A stretch of DNA of 61,220 nt, the filler included, from Sluysia triapertura (Eukaryota), in the NCBI GenBank assembly GCA_046118255.1. It is 5 parts of 5 records of this genome, joined end to end, with 100 filler letters (N's around TTAATTAATTAA, not from the genome) between each part and the next. Parts side by side here need not be neighbours in the genome. Positions count along the whole stretch, not along the records: positions 1 to 12,439 come from JBJNIA010109313.1; positions 12,540 to 23,421 come from JBJNIA010192074.1; 3 more parts are not named here. The stretch is one strand, 5' to 3'. Shown here in pieces: positions 1-14,414 of the stretch (position 1 is its first letter; the number at the start of each line of letters is the position of its first letter). Below the pieces are notes generated by a model. That model was not told the origin of the DNA and ran no database searches. It saw only the letters and a program-made list of their open reading frames with translations. Position numbers and translations under genes: made by a program.

Positions 1-1477
1 AAGATGTCATACATTATTTCATTAAGAACTTATTCAAATTTAGTAATAATTTTAATAATATCTGTAAAATATTTCTAACAAAATAAATTAAGACGACAAT
101 AAACATTTTGTATAATGTGTGAAACGGAAACATTTTTTTTCTAATAACAACAAAGCAGCAAACAAACAACAACAAACACAATAAAAAATTATCAAACGAA
201 ATAATAATATCTAATCTGTTTTATCTACTTTTGTAGTAAGTTTCTATTGTCGTTTTTGATGCTACTTCATTATTAAAAGTAAAATTTAAAATCGTTCATT
301 TAATTTTAGGTTTTATTTATTAAATTATAAATTTGTGCAAAGTAAACCAAACAGATTAAAATCAGTTATAAAAGTAAATTCAAAAAAAAGAAAGAAAATT
401 TTATTTAAATTTTATATTTAATACTTCAGAAATATTAAACAAAAAATTAATCTGATTAAAATTTTATAACAATGTTTTTTTAAATATTTCTTTAATTTCT
501 TTAATGACGGAAGATTTACGATAAAAATCTTTATATTTTTACGTATAAAGCGTACTTTTAATCGTAAAATTATCCCAGAAATAAAAATAAGTCCATAAAA
601 GTTGAATGTAGAAAGTAAAACAATTTATATATATATCGTTATTTTTGACTTGTTTAACTAAAGTTTATTTTCGATATATTCACAATTTTTAGTTTTCATT
701 AGAAAATTATTTAATTATTTGAATTATTTAATGAACAATATTCGATAATCATTTTAGACTAAAAAATAAACTAAGAAAACTAAAAAATTATTATTTATCA
801 TTAAAGTGGAATGTCTAGAATGCTGGTGTAAGTGTTCATTTTAAGAGGTAAACAATGTCTAACAAAAAAGTAATAATACTATATCAACAATTTTTCATCG
901 AATACACGAAAGAAACTAATTTGGCTCTCAATGGATATTCATTGACATTTAAAATAGATTGAAGAAGAAAAAGAATCAACTTTAACCATCAGAAATAATT
1001 AGACCTTTACAAACCGACATTAAGATAATTGTTTTTATAAAATCCAAATAAATATTTATATTTCTTTGTTTTCGTTATAAAGAGTAAACATTTTTAATTA
1101 TTTTTATTACTAATTATGTTTGAAATTTAATTTTTCTAAATAATGAAATAAGTTTCTGATCTATTTAAATTTAAATTTAATTTATAATGTAAATTTAAGT
1201 TATCATTTATATTTATAAATTAATTATATAAATTAATTATTGTGTGTTATTTCATAAAATTTCAATTTTTAGAAACCATAATAATGATATTGTGAAAATT
1301 CCAAAAACATTATTATAAAACAAATTGATTTGTTACTGTAATTGTTTTTGTGACATTAGTAAGTTAGAAAACTTGTATGAGTTTTAATTTTAATGGTTTT
1401 AATTAATTATATAAATATTATAAAAAATAAAAAATATAATTAAAGTATGAAATAAAAATTATGAAACAAACTAAACC

Positions 1478-1479
1478 AA

Positions 1480-1530
<51 letters not shown>
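1478..1530. repeat. (AAAT)n microsatellite
   Basis: Direct reading of the sequence. Confidence 0.95.
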
Positions 1531-2598
1531 ACTAACGAAAATAAGGAAAATACTGATATTAAAATTCGACTACTAAAATGCTAAAAAAACCATTCTGAAG
1601 AAGAATTATCCTGGATGTTTCAAGGAATTAAATTTTTAAAAATATAAACTTTGAATATTATATAATGCTCATTGTTCATAAATACAATATTGATTAAGTT
1701 AAATTTTTTTGATATTTGAAATAAAAATGATAAGGCAACATTAATAAAGTAAAAATATTGTTTATTATTAATATTATTTATTATTAATCTTATTATTACT
1801 GATTATTATGATAGATTTACATTATATGAAACAAAGTTATTTATAGTGCTTAAATATTAGTTTTTAAATATCACTCTCATAAACTTTGCATTAATATAAG
1901 TAAATAATTTATTATAAATATTATTGGGTTATTGTTAGTAATTTTTTTAATGTTTATATATAAATTTAATTTACGAATAATATTCTTATTTAAAATAGCG
2001 ATTATTATTTATTTAATTATTTTATTTATTATGCATATGTTAAACATCATTATTATTGAATATAATTTTATGAATGTTAATTATTTTGCAATAATGAACG
2101 AGTAATTATAATAGACGTTGCAATTTGAATTTCCATATTTTGTTTTAATTAGAAAATCCGTTATAATATTTTACCTATTTGTTAAAGTAACAACAACAAA
2201 AAAAGTATTTCATTTAATTGTTTTAATTTAATTTTATAATACTTTTTATATTAAAAAGCTATCTAATAAAGTATAAGACATATTTTTTTAACTTAAAGTT
2301 TTCATTATATTTATTAAAATTAAAAATTGAAATCAATTAAAAATAACTGTTTCAATATCTGTAAAGCACACGGTAATTTAATAATAGAAATCAACATCTA
2401 AATCGTAAATAAATCGTTAAATTACATTTTAGAATAAAAATGATAAATAATAATGATAATAATAATAATAAATTTGTTCATTAGTAGATTTTACAATTTA
2501 ACTTCTATAATAGATAATTTGTAGTAACTTTAACTTCGTTGTTTCCTCACTTATTTATGCATAATTTTTATCTAAATTTGTAAAGTTGTCCAAAATAA

Positions 2599-2600
<2 letters not shown>

Positions 2601-2663
<63 letters not shown>
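2601..2663. repeat. (AAT)n microsatellite; similar tracts at ~18421-18490, 23533-23593, 40327-40382, 48180-48211, 56366-56409
   Basis: Direct reading of the sequence. Confidence 0.95.
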
Positions 2664-2664
<1 letters not shown>

Positions 2665-5266
2665 CGTAATCATAATCATAAAATTAAAATTAAATAGGTA
2701 TATATTATTATATTTTAAGCATTATTTAGTAAATCATTTATTTTAATAAATAAGTAAAAGAGTTAATATTATTGTTTAAATTTATAAAAGTAAACAAGAA
2801 TTCTTTTTCAGTAATTGTACCAATATTTAAAATAAAAATAAAAATAATATTATAAAATAAACGTATTAAAGTTTAATACTTAATTTCTACAAAACATTTT
2901 GAAGAATAATAATAATAATAATCAAACCACTAAGTAATTTAAGTATATTAATTATACCATATGAGTGGAAATGACGGGCAGTACATTTTAATGTTTCAAA
3001 ACCCTATGAATTTCTTTAAACATGTAAAATATTCTAGCTAAATTGACCTTATTATAAATAAGGGTTTTAATGGTAACGCAAGGGGTTAAGCAATTTTTTT
3101 TATCACATTCGAAAGTAGTTTACTAATTTCTGAATAAAATACTAAAGCACATTAATTAAAATTTAGAAGTATATATGTGTACAATAATTGCATAAAATGT
3201 ATTAAGAATTAATAATATTTGATGAAAAATATTCTGCATAAACAATTTTTATAAATTTCCGAGTTATAATAGAGTTACTGTAAAATATTATCATCAAAAT
3301 ATTATGACATTGTATCAGAGTTTGAAATATTAAGATATTTTGTTCAAAATTATATATAAGTTAATGTGCATTACAGCTTTCGTGATATGTTCATATTTGA
3401 ATTAAAAAGTTTAAAATATGTCAAAAGGAATCTCAATTTTAAATAAGCAAATATTCATAATTAAAATGTGGGTAAATATGCATTAAAATACAATAACAAT
3501 GTGAAATTGTTCAGTAACTATATAACAAATATTCAATTAGTATAATTTTGTGTTTCGTTTAATATTTTACCATATCCGACATTTTAAATGTACAATTTTC
3601 TATTGACCTTCATATTGCATTACTCTTTTTTCTATTTATTGAGGATTTTCATTCATAACTACATCTTTGACTTTGTAACCAAAATGTAACTTATTGTCGA
3701 TTACAATTTCCGTAGTTTAGAATTTTGGCATTCTGCAATTTGTACCATAAACTAACATTAAAACAAAATAATGCATAAATATATTTATCACGTTGATTAT
3801 ATGACATAAAATTCGTAAAGTTTGATATCATCATAAATAAGTAAACACTTTATTAAGTATTTTATTATTATAATCATTATCATTANNNNNNNNNNNNNNN
3901 NNNNNNNNNNNNNNNNNNNNNNNNNNNNNNNNNNNNNNNNNNNNNNNNNNNNNNNNNNNNNNNNNNNNNNNNNNNNNNNNNNNNNNNNNNNNNNNNNNNN
4001 NNNNNNNNNNNNNNNNNNNNNNNNNNNNNNNNNNNNNNNNNNNNNNNNNNNNNNNNNNNNNNNNNNNNNNNNNNNNNNNNNNNNNNNNNNNNNNNNNNNN
4101 NNNNNNNNNNNNNNNNNNNNNNNNNNNNNNNNNNNNNNNNNNNNNNNNNNNNNNNNNNNNNNNNNNNNNNNNNNNNNNNNNNNNNNNNNNNNNNNNNNNN
4201 NNNNNNNNNNNNNNNNNNNNNNNNNNNNNNNNNNNNNNNNNNNNNNNNNNNNNNNNNNNNNNNNNNNNNNNNNNNNNNNNNNNNNNNNNNNNNNNNNNNN
4301 NNNNNNNNNNNNNNNNNNNNNNNNNNNNNNNNNNNNNNNNNNNNNNNNNNNNNNNNNNNNNNNNNNNNNNNNNNNNNNNNNNNNNNNNNNNNNNNNNNNN
4401 NNNNNNNNNNNNNNNNNNNNNNNNNNNNNNNNNNNNNNNNNNNNNNNNNNNNNNNNNNNNNNNNNNNNNNNNNNNNNNNNNNNNNNNNNNNNNNNNNNNN
4501 NNNNNNNNNNNNNNNNNNNNNNNNNNNNNNNNNNNNNNNNNNNNNNNNNNNNNNNNNNNNNNNNNNNNNNNNNNNNNNNNNNNNNNNNNNNNNNNNNNNN
4601 NNNNNNNNNNNNNNNNNNNNNNNNNNNNNNNNNNNNNNNNNNNNNNNNNNNNNNNATATTAGTTCTCCTTCTAATTCGAATAAATCCAGTGAAATTGTAT
4701 CTCAAAATTTATAAACTTCGAATTAATTGGAAGTTATATTTCAAAGCTCATTTAGAAAATGTTGCAGCTATGTATTTATCTATTTTTAATTTTGTTCCAA
4801 CAGATGACGATTATAAAACTTTACGAAGCTTAACTAGCCAAAGAATGTAATTGGTGTTTCAAGATAAGATTTCGGTCTCGTGTATATTATTAAATCAGAT
4901 TCATTCGTGAATTCGTAGATTCATTATCGATAATGAATAAATATGTGCACAAATAACTGGATATAAATCACGAGAAAAATAATTCGTGATAGAATATCTA
5001 AAATTGACGTGGAATTGAAGAGATCTTTTAGAGAGAGAGAGAAGAAGTTCTTTGAGAGATGGTGTTGATGTGATTCTATTTTAAATCGACTTAAGAATAA
5101 GTTTCAAATGAGTGAATTCGCAATTAAGAAATCGAAAGTAATACGGATAGGGTTTGGAGGTTAAAAAATGTAGTAATTATTGCTTTGCTAATATAAAATA
5201 TCTTAAAGGTGAGTAACCAAAACTCGATGTACAATTTATATTTGATTAGGTCAGAGTATGTAAACT

Positions 5267-5328
5267 CGTTAGACGGGGCTGATAACTCAGTATTGAGGCC
5301 CTGGTCAGTCCATCTTATGAGTCTAACA
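5267..5328 (+). mobile_element. Short tRNA-derived element (copy 1 of 3, internally deleted)
   Basis: CGTTAGAC GGGGCTGATAACTCAGT...CCTGGTCAGTCCATCTTATGAGTCTAACA. Confidence 0.55.
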
Positions 5329-5445
5329 TATGTGCTTAGTATACTAAAAATTATATGCAAAAATTGTTTAGAAAAAATTCGTATTTAAAGGGTTAGAAAA
5401 CAAAAATAATTTATATATAATAATAATATAATATAATTTATAACA

Positions 5446-5923
5446 TATTATTAGACTAAAGACGACCATTTTATGATAAAATTCAACATTTTTCAAGGAT
5501 ACTATGAAACTATTCATCAAAAGTGTACAAAAACTTTGTCACGGAAAATATAAAAAATACTTTCTAGTGATAGTAAAATAATAGATAAAAATACTGAGAT
5601 CCACAACAACATACAGAAATTTTATTCATCTAAAATGTGATAACACAATTAACTACTAATCAAATATGTACAAACTGTTGCATCAGTATTTTGTTTGTCC
5701 TCCTGATTCTTAAAAGCATGCCACGGATGAGATTGGGGCACAAGTCTTTGATCTCGTCATCGTGACGCCATAAGTTCCGTCCTGATGGTTGGTTTATGGG
5801 TAGAAACTCTCATTTTGACAATCTCCCGCAGATTTTCTCTGGCATGCCAGGGTAGCAGCTTAACACCATGATCATCGGGAAACACATTTTTCCTGTGTTA
5901 GCCTAATAATTTGGCCACAAGTG
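5446..5923. mobile_element. Diverged inverted copy of the same MITE family
   Basis: Reverse complement matches the interior of 31281-31862 (e.g. GCATGCCACGGATGAG, AAGTCTTTGATCTCGTCATCG). One TIR is eroded. Confidence 0.85.
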
Positions 5924-8194
5924 TGTATATATAATTTCGAAAGGAACATAGATATAAAAATTATAAGAAATCTAGAGTAAGCACTTGTCGGACAATCTCA
6001 GCGTGACACGAGCAATATTTTGTGGTTTAAAAATATAAAATCTTTACTTTCCCCCGATCCAGACCTCATTAGTGATGAAATTGAAAAGCATTAATATATA
6101 TATAATTAATATATAATTCGTGTCAAACGCAAATATACTCGTGGCTGGCAGTTGTTACGTATTGCTAGCACGAATATACTCTCAATATATTATAACATAC
6201 AATTTGTGGAGCTTGCAAACTTTTTATGGCCACAAGCATAAATATACAAGTGTAAAAACTTGAAAAAATGCTACAAAGTTTGATATTGTGTTTTAATTAT
6301 TTAATTATTTAAATGGCAAAGTGAACAACTTCAAACAACTTAGGCTTGACAGTTAATGTGGCTCTTGAAACAATTTAGTATGATATTCTTGGCTCTGTTA
6401 TTAGTCTAGGTTGCTCAATCCTGCTCTTAAGCGTACAAAAACGAAAGCACATTGCTATCGAAAAAATTAACAAATTATAAATGAATTAGAATGTATTAAA
6501 CACAGTATTGATGATATAATACTGATAATTTGAAATCAATTTAATTAAATAAAAATTCTTTATTTCTAACCATTATGTATCCTAATACAGATATTTCTCA
6601 TATTGTAACAACAATTTCTTATTTTTATATTTGTAAATAAAAATTAAATTAAATTTTAATTTGAAATAATTTGATTTAGATATTTATTTAGAAATTACAA
6701 AAATAGTGAATAAAGCTCAAAATGCAACTTATATACAAAATTTAAAACAAATAGTAACATGATATCTCCAAAATCAATTTCAAGAACACGAAGTATTATC
6801 AGAAAAGCAATGACGAGAAGAAGAAGAAGAAAGTAAATGAAAAGATATTGGCAAACAATTTATGAGAATAAGTAGTTTAACAAATCTATTAGAAAGAAAA
6901 AGTGTTTTAGACGATAAATAGAAAAATAAAAATATTATTAAATTTTAAAAATATTATAATACATTGAAAAAATCGTTTATGACATCTATTTTCAACCAGA
7001 TATTCAATTTCTATTACATCTAGTCTTATTGTTAATTTTCCAATATCGTTAGATTTTAAATGACCTTTCGGAAAATTTTTTGATTTGCTAAAAGAAACAT
7101 TTTGCATCGTACTTAAAGTAACTTAAAATTACATATAATAAATTACCAAATAGAAATCAAGTTGGTAATCATTGGTTTTGCATTAACAAATCAAATTAAC
7201 AGATGAGTTTTATTTTGATAACTACGGAATTACAGCACAAAATGAAGTGGAAAAGCGTCCAAAAGTCTTTAAAATACTTATTGGTGTAACTAGCACAGGC
7301 GCTGCTAGTCTAACTAATAAAAAATTGAATAAATGACAAATGACAAATATCAAATTTAAATATTGATATACGATAAAAATTGCTTCAAACAATGAAATAC
7401 AAGATTTACATTTTTATTTGCTAATAATGTAAAGAAAGAGCAAAACAATTATCATATCATCCCATTGTTTATAAAATCAATAAACTAGATAATAATTAAA
7501 ATAACTATTCTATTGTTTGAAAAAATAACATCAATCTTGCAAATAATTGATTTATTACTTCATTATCTATAAAAATATTAATGAAATTGTGGAATAGTAC
7601 CATTACTATTATAAAATAATTATCCAATAAAAGTAAGAGTAAAGAAAAGTATAAATAGCCGATACAATCCGTTGAAAAGAAGAATAAGATATTATTCATT
7701 AAGAAGGTATCAAATATGTAGTAGAGAAAAGGTATTTAATAACTTATACAAATTAACTTTCGAGATTCTATTGTTAGTTTCATTAATATTTAGAATAACA
7801 TTTGAAATAATAAAATCTTCTTAAATCTATCATTAGTAGTTACGTGTGTCAATGTAGATATTACTATAATTCGTATCAGAATTATTTTATTCGTATTTTT
7901 ATCCGTCAAACACTTTTGTATTTAGTAAATAAGTAATAAATAGTGTAGTTCACTTCGTTTTGTTTGGAAGGGAAAGAAGATAAATTGAATGCACTTCTAT
8001 CTCACACCAGAGACGAGCGAAATGTAACCTTCACATTAGCATTACATTTGTTAGATAATAACAAACGTTAGGTACATGCGATTAAGAATAAAGAGTTTAA
8101 GTCATATCAGATAACAGAAAGTAAAGCAACACCAACTAACATATAATAGATCTAAGAATAACAATAATAATACTAATAATAATAACATATTAGT

Positions 8195-8560
8195 TTATAT
8201 TGCACTCATAAAAAGCTTAAATTAAATCATTCATCATAATATTTCTGAAACAGAAACAATTTTGCCTTTTCTTAAATATTTCATAATCTTCCAGTAATTT
8301 GACATTCTCTGGTATATTACTGGTTGTATATTTTTGAAACACATACAGTATACAACCTATCACCTAGATCTTATTATCATTGTGGATTCTGTATAGATTA
8401 TTATTATGTCTCAATGAAATATTCATCATGGTTTCCAATTTTTTTATTATTTCTAAGTGATATTCAGGACTTCCGTATTGAACAAGAAGTTTAGCTGTTT
8501 CTTTATTAATAAATTGGTATTTACACTTTTTAACAATACAATTTGCTGTGTTTTAATGTC
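8195..8560 (-). repeat. Dispersed repeat (3 copies), possibly a Penelope-like GIY-YIG endonuclease remnant
   Basis: Homologous to ~15395-15660 (+) and ~34060-34330 (+), e.g. GTCAAATTACTGGAAGATTATGAAATAT. The near-open frame C..KC..FI..T..L...EYH...H...KLLEDYEIFKK loosely fits the GIY-YIG layout. The repeat is certain; the family is tentative. Confidence 0.5.
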
Positions 8561-9847
8561 CTAAACTTAAGCTAATCAGCAAAATAGATCAGTAAAGTCC
8601 GTCTACAATATACGACTTACGATTGGCGCGTTAGTAGGCACGTGAACGTGACTAATGTTTAAGAAGAAATTCAATGAGAAATTCAATGGAATCGTTCAAC
8701 AATTAGTGTTCTTTTTTTAAATTATAAGATATACAACAAAATACAAATAGACTCAAAGTTTATTATAAACAAAAACAATGTTAACAAAGTTATACAAAAT
8801 AGTATTATACAATAATAATATCAAATTAATGTAATAATAAGTTATTTATACGATAATGATAATAACAAAAAATGTGAAATTAATATGTGGATAAATTATT
8901 TATAAAACAATAATAATAATAATGATGATAATAATTTTAATTCAAAGGACCTATTCTAATAAAGGCTCGGTCAAATTAGTATTAAAGAATTTAAAATGAC
9001 TTTATCATCGGCCTTATGAGTAGTTTAAGTAATATTTTGTAACTCTTACGAGTTTGCATAACTGTAAAACTTAGACTTACTAATTGAATAATAATAATAA
9101 GCACAATAAATTATAGTTTTCCACGAAGTGTGACTAGTATTGTAATTTGAACAATTATTTTTTTGACATCCAAATTGGTCGTTTGTGAATCAATGATAAA
9201 TTTAATATGGCGTTTCAAAACAATTCGGTTTGATCAATAGTATTTCTTAAAGTAATTTTGGATGTTCAAAAATTTATTAAATTGTGTCTTAATCTACTCC
9301 AATTATGTCTATTTATAAGCAAAAAAGAATCCATTCGTTGATGACTAGAATTCATGAGACTAATGCAAGCTAATGATAGTGCATAAATTAATATTTTTTG
9401 AAAAATTCATTAGTTAAAATCCATCAATCTAATGGTAATAAATAATTTCATTGTTATTAATATTTGAAAAATCCGTTAGTTAATGGCTGAAATCCATTAA
9501 TTATTTTCCATTAAACTTTATTTTTATTTTTTGTGTTTTATGAATCATTCTGAAACAAATCAGAAAGTTTTATATTTCCAATCCAGATTCATTTAGATTA
9601 TTTTGGCTTTTATTTTATCAATGTAAATACAGACAAACTAAGATGACAATTCCGTGTAACAACGGTACCAATCGTATCCTTCTTGACTGATGAAGCGAAT
9701 GAAGGTGGCAAATAAAAATAAAATAATATTACTATTTGATAATATTAATAATCCTATCTTTAATGATGCCAAGTATCGTAATTTATTAAAATATCTACTA
9801 TTTACATTTGTAATTTTCTCTCATAAGGAACTTTTTCTATAATAATA

Positions 9848-10085
9848 CAGGGTGACAGCTGGAAAAGCGAAAAATTTACAAAGAATAAAGGCATATGCTA
9901 TGTTACACTCATAGATTCCCAAAATGTCGTCTGTGAACTTCAGAGAAGTGTCATGAGAGATATCGTTCCAAAATCTTCTCAAGCTCCTTTTCAAATAATC
10001 AATAGAGTTTATGTCACGTCTCTGTTAATAACAAGCTCCAAACACGATAATCCACGAAAACTTTAGGGTCAGATGAAATCATGAA
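9848..10085 (-). mobile_element. Tc1/mariner (maT/DD37D-like) transposase C-terminal relic with TIR
   Basis: TA|CAGGGTG terminus at 9848. Minus strand reads SCLELVINR..*NSIDYLKRSLRRFWNDIS, resembling the LE..V...IDxLKxxIxxxW tail after SPDLNP. Confidence 0.5.
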
Positions 10086-10200
10086 TAAAATTCAAAATAT
10101 TTACCGCTTTTCGCTATTGGTTTTTCTCTATTATCACAATTATTCCATGTTTTAAATCTAGGATATTGTTGATTGCTGTCCTTATTACTACTATTACTAT

Positions 10201-10329
10201 TGTTATACTTCATAAAATGACTGACCGAGGATCGAACCCGGGACCATCGTTTGATTGATTAAAAAACATGTATTAATATAATAGTTTGTCTCTTCTTTCT
10301 CTTATTTCTTCTATCAGCCCCGTCTAACA
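10201..10329 (-). mobile_element. Short tRNA-derived element with TGTTAGAC...GT(C/A)TAACA termini (copy 2 of 3)
   Basis: Minus strand: TGTTAGAC GGGGCTGATAG ... GGTC CCGGG TTCGATC CTCGG TCAGTC ATTTT ATGAA GTATAACA. Intact T-arm/B-box. Confidence 0.6.
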
Positions 10330-10653
10330 ATTTCATTTTCAATATATTCAATTATACTACTTGGCACTTTTTAGGCCTTTTACCCCAACACTATCAATAT
10401 TCTTATTTTCTTATATCTTAGTTATATTATGTACTATCACGAACTTTATATAATGTTGTTATTACTGAATAAATCTTAAAGTTACCACTAACTGTGAAAA
10501 CAATCTTCCATCATGAACATGTAGCAACATCATTATTACACTACTGAACAATTGGTCTCATACTCATTCTTACTTTATCAAGCATGATGTACTTTCAAAT
10601 CAATAAACAAATAATCGTATAAACACATTGTTTATTCTCACTGTTATTTGAAT

Positions 10654-10675
10654 GTGTGTGTGTGTGTGTGTGTGT
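10654..10675. repeat. (TG)n microsatellite
   Basis: Direct reading of the sequence. Confidence 0.95.
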
Positions 10676-12539
10676 TTTCCTCGTAATTTAACATTCAAAA
10701 CAAATTTCATTTCATATTCTAAAATATCCTCATTCAATTTAATATTATTATTAATATTGCATGTATTATTATAATTAATTATTGATTGTCAACATTATTT
10801 TTGACAAATAGAAATTGATATCAACAATTACAGCATGACTACATCCTGTTAGGGTTCTGGCGGTTTACTGGCATGTTGATTTTGTAATTTCGAAATTACA
10901 AACGGTATACTTTTAAAGATTAAAGTTACTGCTAATGAATCTAAAATTAGTTCATTTTAAAGAATATTCATTCGTTGAAAAACAAAAAATTAACGTATTT
11001 CGATTTGGAATTTAAATCTTCGTTAACTTTTGGTGGAACCAAATAATATTTCTATTGTTGTTTGGATTCACACGAATCATTTATTTGTAGATTTTATAAG
11101 TTTTTTAAGCAAAGTTAAATGTATGGTAAGTTCTGTACCCTTAAGCTATGTATAAAATCAGCGTCTTAACTTTATTCAAGAAAAGAAATATTGTTTGGAA
11201 TAATGATAGTGTAATTGACCATAATAAAATAAAATTGTTAGGCAGGGCTTATAGATCAGTGGGTTTTAAGGATTTTACGTTATTTACGTTGATGTCTTGG
11301 TGTTCATAACATTGATATATTTCATGGTTGTGTTTTATTATGTGCCATAGCCGCTTCTATGCAAATATCATAAGAAAAGTTATGGATTAAAAATGATTTT
11401 CAAACAATTCTAATTAAGTAAATTAATTAATGTACTTATAAATTTGTTGTAAAACCTTATAAAATATTGCTCCCTTTACCTTCAAGCTACAATATTCTTT
11501 CTAATTATCTAATTTAAATTATAAATTCCTTATTAATTTAGTTACTCGTCATATTTTTAGATAAGCTTCAGATTTGCAATGCTTCCTAAGTGGTACTCTT
11601 TAGTATGCATAATCTAGAATTATATATCTATAGAAATAAAGATATTCTTATTTTAATAGAATTTCTAAGTTATTTATTTAGTGGTTAAATTAAGTTACTG
11701 ATGTATAAATAAATTAACAAATACTTTGCGTTGTGCTTCAATGATTCATTGAATAAAATTTTAACATTCATAGCAAAAGAAAATTAAATTTTGTAAAAAC
11801 TCAGGGATGAATATTAATTTCTGAACTTGAATTCTCGAAATTCCACGAGGTGAAACTAATCTCCAAGATCTTGGTGTTTTAAAAAACATTTATAAATTTT
11901 TGTTGGAAAAGTTCTCATTTTTGTCAAATTGAATATCTTAAACGTTACAAAAATAAATTCATACTTGATCAGCTAAATCCATCACTGGGTATTAGAAAAT
12001 GATTTATACATATTATAACAAGGCATCCTTTATTGAATTTCCTTCTGCAGAACATTTAAACTTATTACACTATATTCCGAATCAAATTCTGTATTATGTA
12101 TAGTTTATATCTCATTTCTTCTGTCAATGTGCAGTATGTATTTAATAACACACATATGCACAAATGATTGGACAATTACAATTATCACTAAAAATAGAAT
12201 ATCAAATAGCATTGGTGATCCGTAATGTCATTAATTGTTGGTATACGTTTAAGACTGTTGCATGCAAGAATTTAGTGAAAGTTCGCCCCTTTTACAACCA
12301 TGTGTTTTTATCATTTAATATTATTTAATTAAAATACTACGTTCTTAGCGTGTATATGCTAGTGAATGCAATATACATTATGGATCGTCTTGCAATACAT
12401 GGACTTTCTATAATAAATACTACTTTAAGCGATGGATCANNNNNNNNNNNNNNNNNNNNNNNNNNNNNNNNNNNNNNNNNNNNTTAATTAATTAANNNNN
12501 NNNNNNNNNNNNNNNNNNNNNNNNNNNNNNNNNNNNNNN

Positions 12540-12966
12540 TAATTATTACTATGTTAAACTTATCTTTATTATTTTGAACAAAGATTTTATTTCTCAATCA
12601 TTTCAAAGATTTTATACACTTTATGATATTGCTCGAAGATCTTAGATGCTTATCAAGGTTTCAAGAATACTCCAAGTTTACTAGGGTCTTAAATGATCTA
12701 AAGTTCTAAAGGTACCTTAATGCTTCTAAAGGTTTTTCAAGTCAATCTCAAACTTCCTTAAGTTCTCAAACCCTTATATAGGTCTTTGGAACTCCAAGGT
12801 ATTCTTTAACTGTTAACACTATTACAGATGTTTTTACTTTAAAGATTCTTACTCCAACAATGTTTACCATGTTCAATCCATCATTTTGTATCAATTTTTT
12901 CTTTCATCTAATAATTCTATATATTTCTCACTCAACTTCTGATCTTACGGTTGGGCAATCCCAACA
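12540..12966 (-). mobile_element. Family A LTR, 5' half, truncated by a scaffold gap
   Basis: Reverse-complement homologue of 14415-14812, ending ...GGCAATCCCAACA. Confidence 0.8.
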
Positions 12967-12969
12967 CAT

Positions 12970-13350
12970 TGACAATTAAAACTTTTTACTTGGTTAATAT
13001 TAGACCGTTTCCGTTGAGTATACTCTCTCTAACTTTCCGAATCAAATGCTGTTTGGCATTGTTTAAGATGTAACAGCTCTCTCAGATTTTTAACTTTAGT
13101 TCCTTTTCAGTAAATCAAGCTTCCAGTTGTCCTAATATATCTCTACTTTTGCAAAGTCTACTTGTTTCTTCGCATCACCACAGTACAAACAGGTAACTCT
13201 AATATCTGGGTCGTAAACAAAGAAATCACCAGGCGCAATTTGACGTAGGTCATAATCGCTTGGTGTTGATGTTACATTTTTTTGTCATCCAGTAATCTTT
13301 GAAACATCTAACTGTTCTCTTTCTCTTCTTGAGCTTTTAATTTTCCATAG
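12970..13350 (-). pseudogene. Decayed hAT-type transposase N-terminus (TTF/ZNF862-like zinc finger)
   Basis: KRKRTVRCFKDYW...FFVYDPDIRVTCLYCGDAKKQVDFAK..*DNWKLDLLKRN*S*KS, with stops and a frameshift. Cut at 12966 by a family A LTR. Confidence 0.5.
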
Positions 13351-14414
13351 CAGACTATAAAAAATTAAAATTTGAAAATAGTAGCTTTAAACAAAATAAC
13401 TTGCAAATGTCAGAACTTCCGATAGAGAAAATAAAATACGTACTTGAAAAATTATTATTAAAATTATTTAAACAGTTATAAAATTATATATGTATATTAT
13501 AAAGATTACACATCCAAAAGGACAAAAAGATTTTATTTATTTATTTTTTTCTTGAGCTTTCAACACAGTTTAAATCTTTTTTTGTTAGGTCCACATGCTT
13601 CAGTTTTGTTACGCAGTAATTAATCAAATTCAAATAAATTTCCAAATACAAATTTTCAAGTGAAGCTTCTAAGCTTTTAAATTTCTTTTTTGCTGGTAGA
13701 AAGTGCCTTATAGATTTTTAAGCGTCTGAAATTCTAGACAACTGAATCACTTTTGCTTGTAAAACTCAGTTAAAACTAGTTAAACGTTCAAACGCTGGTT
13801 TTCGTCTTACAACTTCCAAAGAATTTTTTCTCAGATAAACAACCTCGAAATATAGATAAATTTTAAATCTCCAATATTCTTCCTGAAAAAACACAGAAAA
13901 CAAAATCTTTCTAGTTTATGAACTCAGCTGTTACGATTTTTAACTTTTCAGTGTCACACTGAATTTTTTTCCATATAACACAAAAGCCAATTGTTAATAT
14001 TACGCAACTTTTATAAAACTAGTCTTGCAAGTTGCAAATAATTATTCAAACTTTCTGCAAATCCACAACTTTAAGTAAACAGCCTTGGTACCACGTGCAT
14101 AATTTTTTGCCTAAATACAGGACAAACACATTGAAAGACGAAGGGGCAGTTTACCACACCATGCACGATTATCAAGGATATAAGTAGCATTGCTTTCAAC
14201 AATCATAAAACCATACTTAAATAATTTATTTCATTGCTAAAGAAATAAAAATCCCATTCTCAAAACCGATATTTAAACAGAATTTTTGGACCTTAAGTTA
14301 GTATTTTTTCCTTTGTTTGCTCGCACACGTGCACAGCTAAGAGGGAACATAGTTCTTTTGTTTCTCCTTATCCTTCATTAATAACAACAAATTATATATT
14401 GTCTCAGTAGATTA

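Noticed and set aside
3797-4705. Long ORFs spanning N-runs (also 52355-52954 and the 5' part of 26671-27189)
   Set aside because: Open only because of Ns.
9685-9712. CTGATGA hammerhead-like core (also CTGAAGA at ~44991)
   Set aside because: No correctly placed GAAA core or supporting helices.
12484-12495. Palindromic TTAATTAATTAA recurring four times
   Set aside because: Always centred in 44+44 Ns, so it is an assembly linker, not biology.
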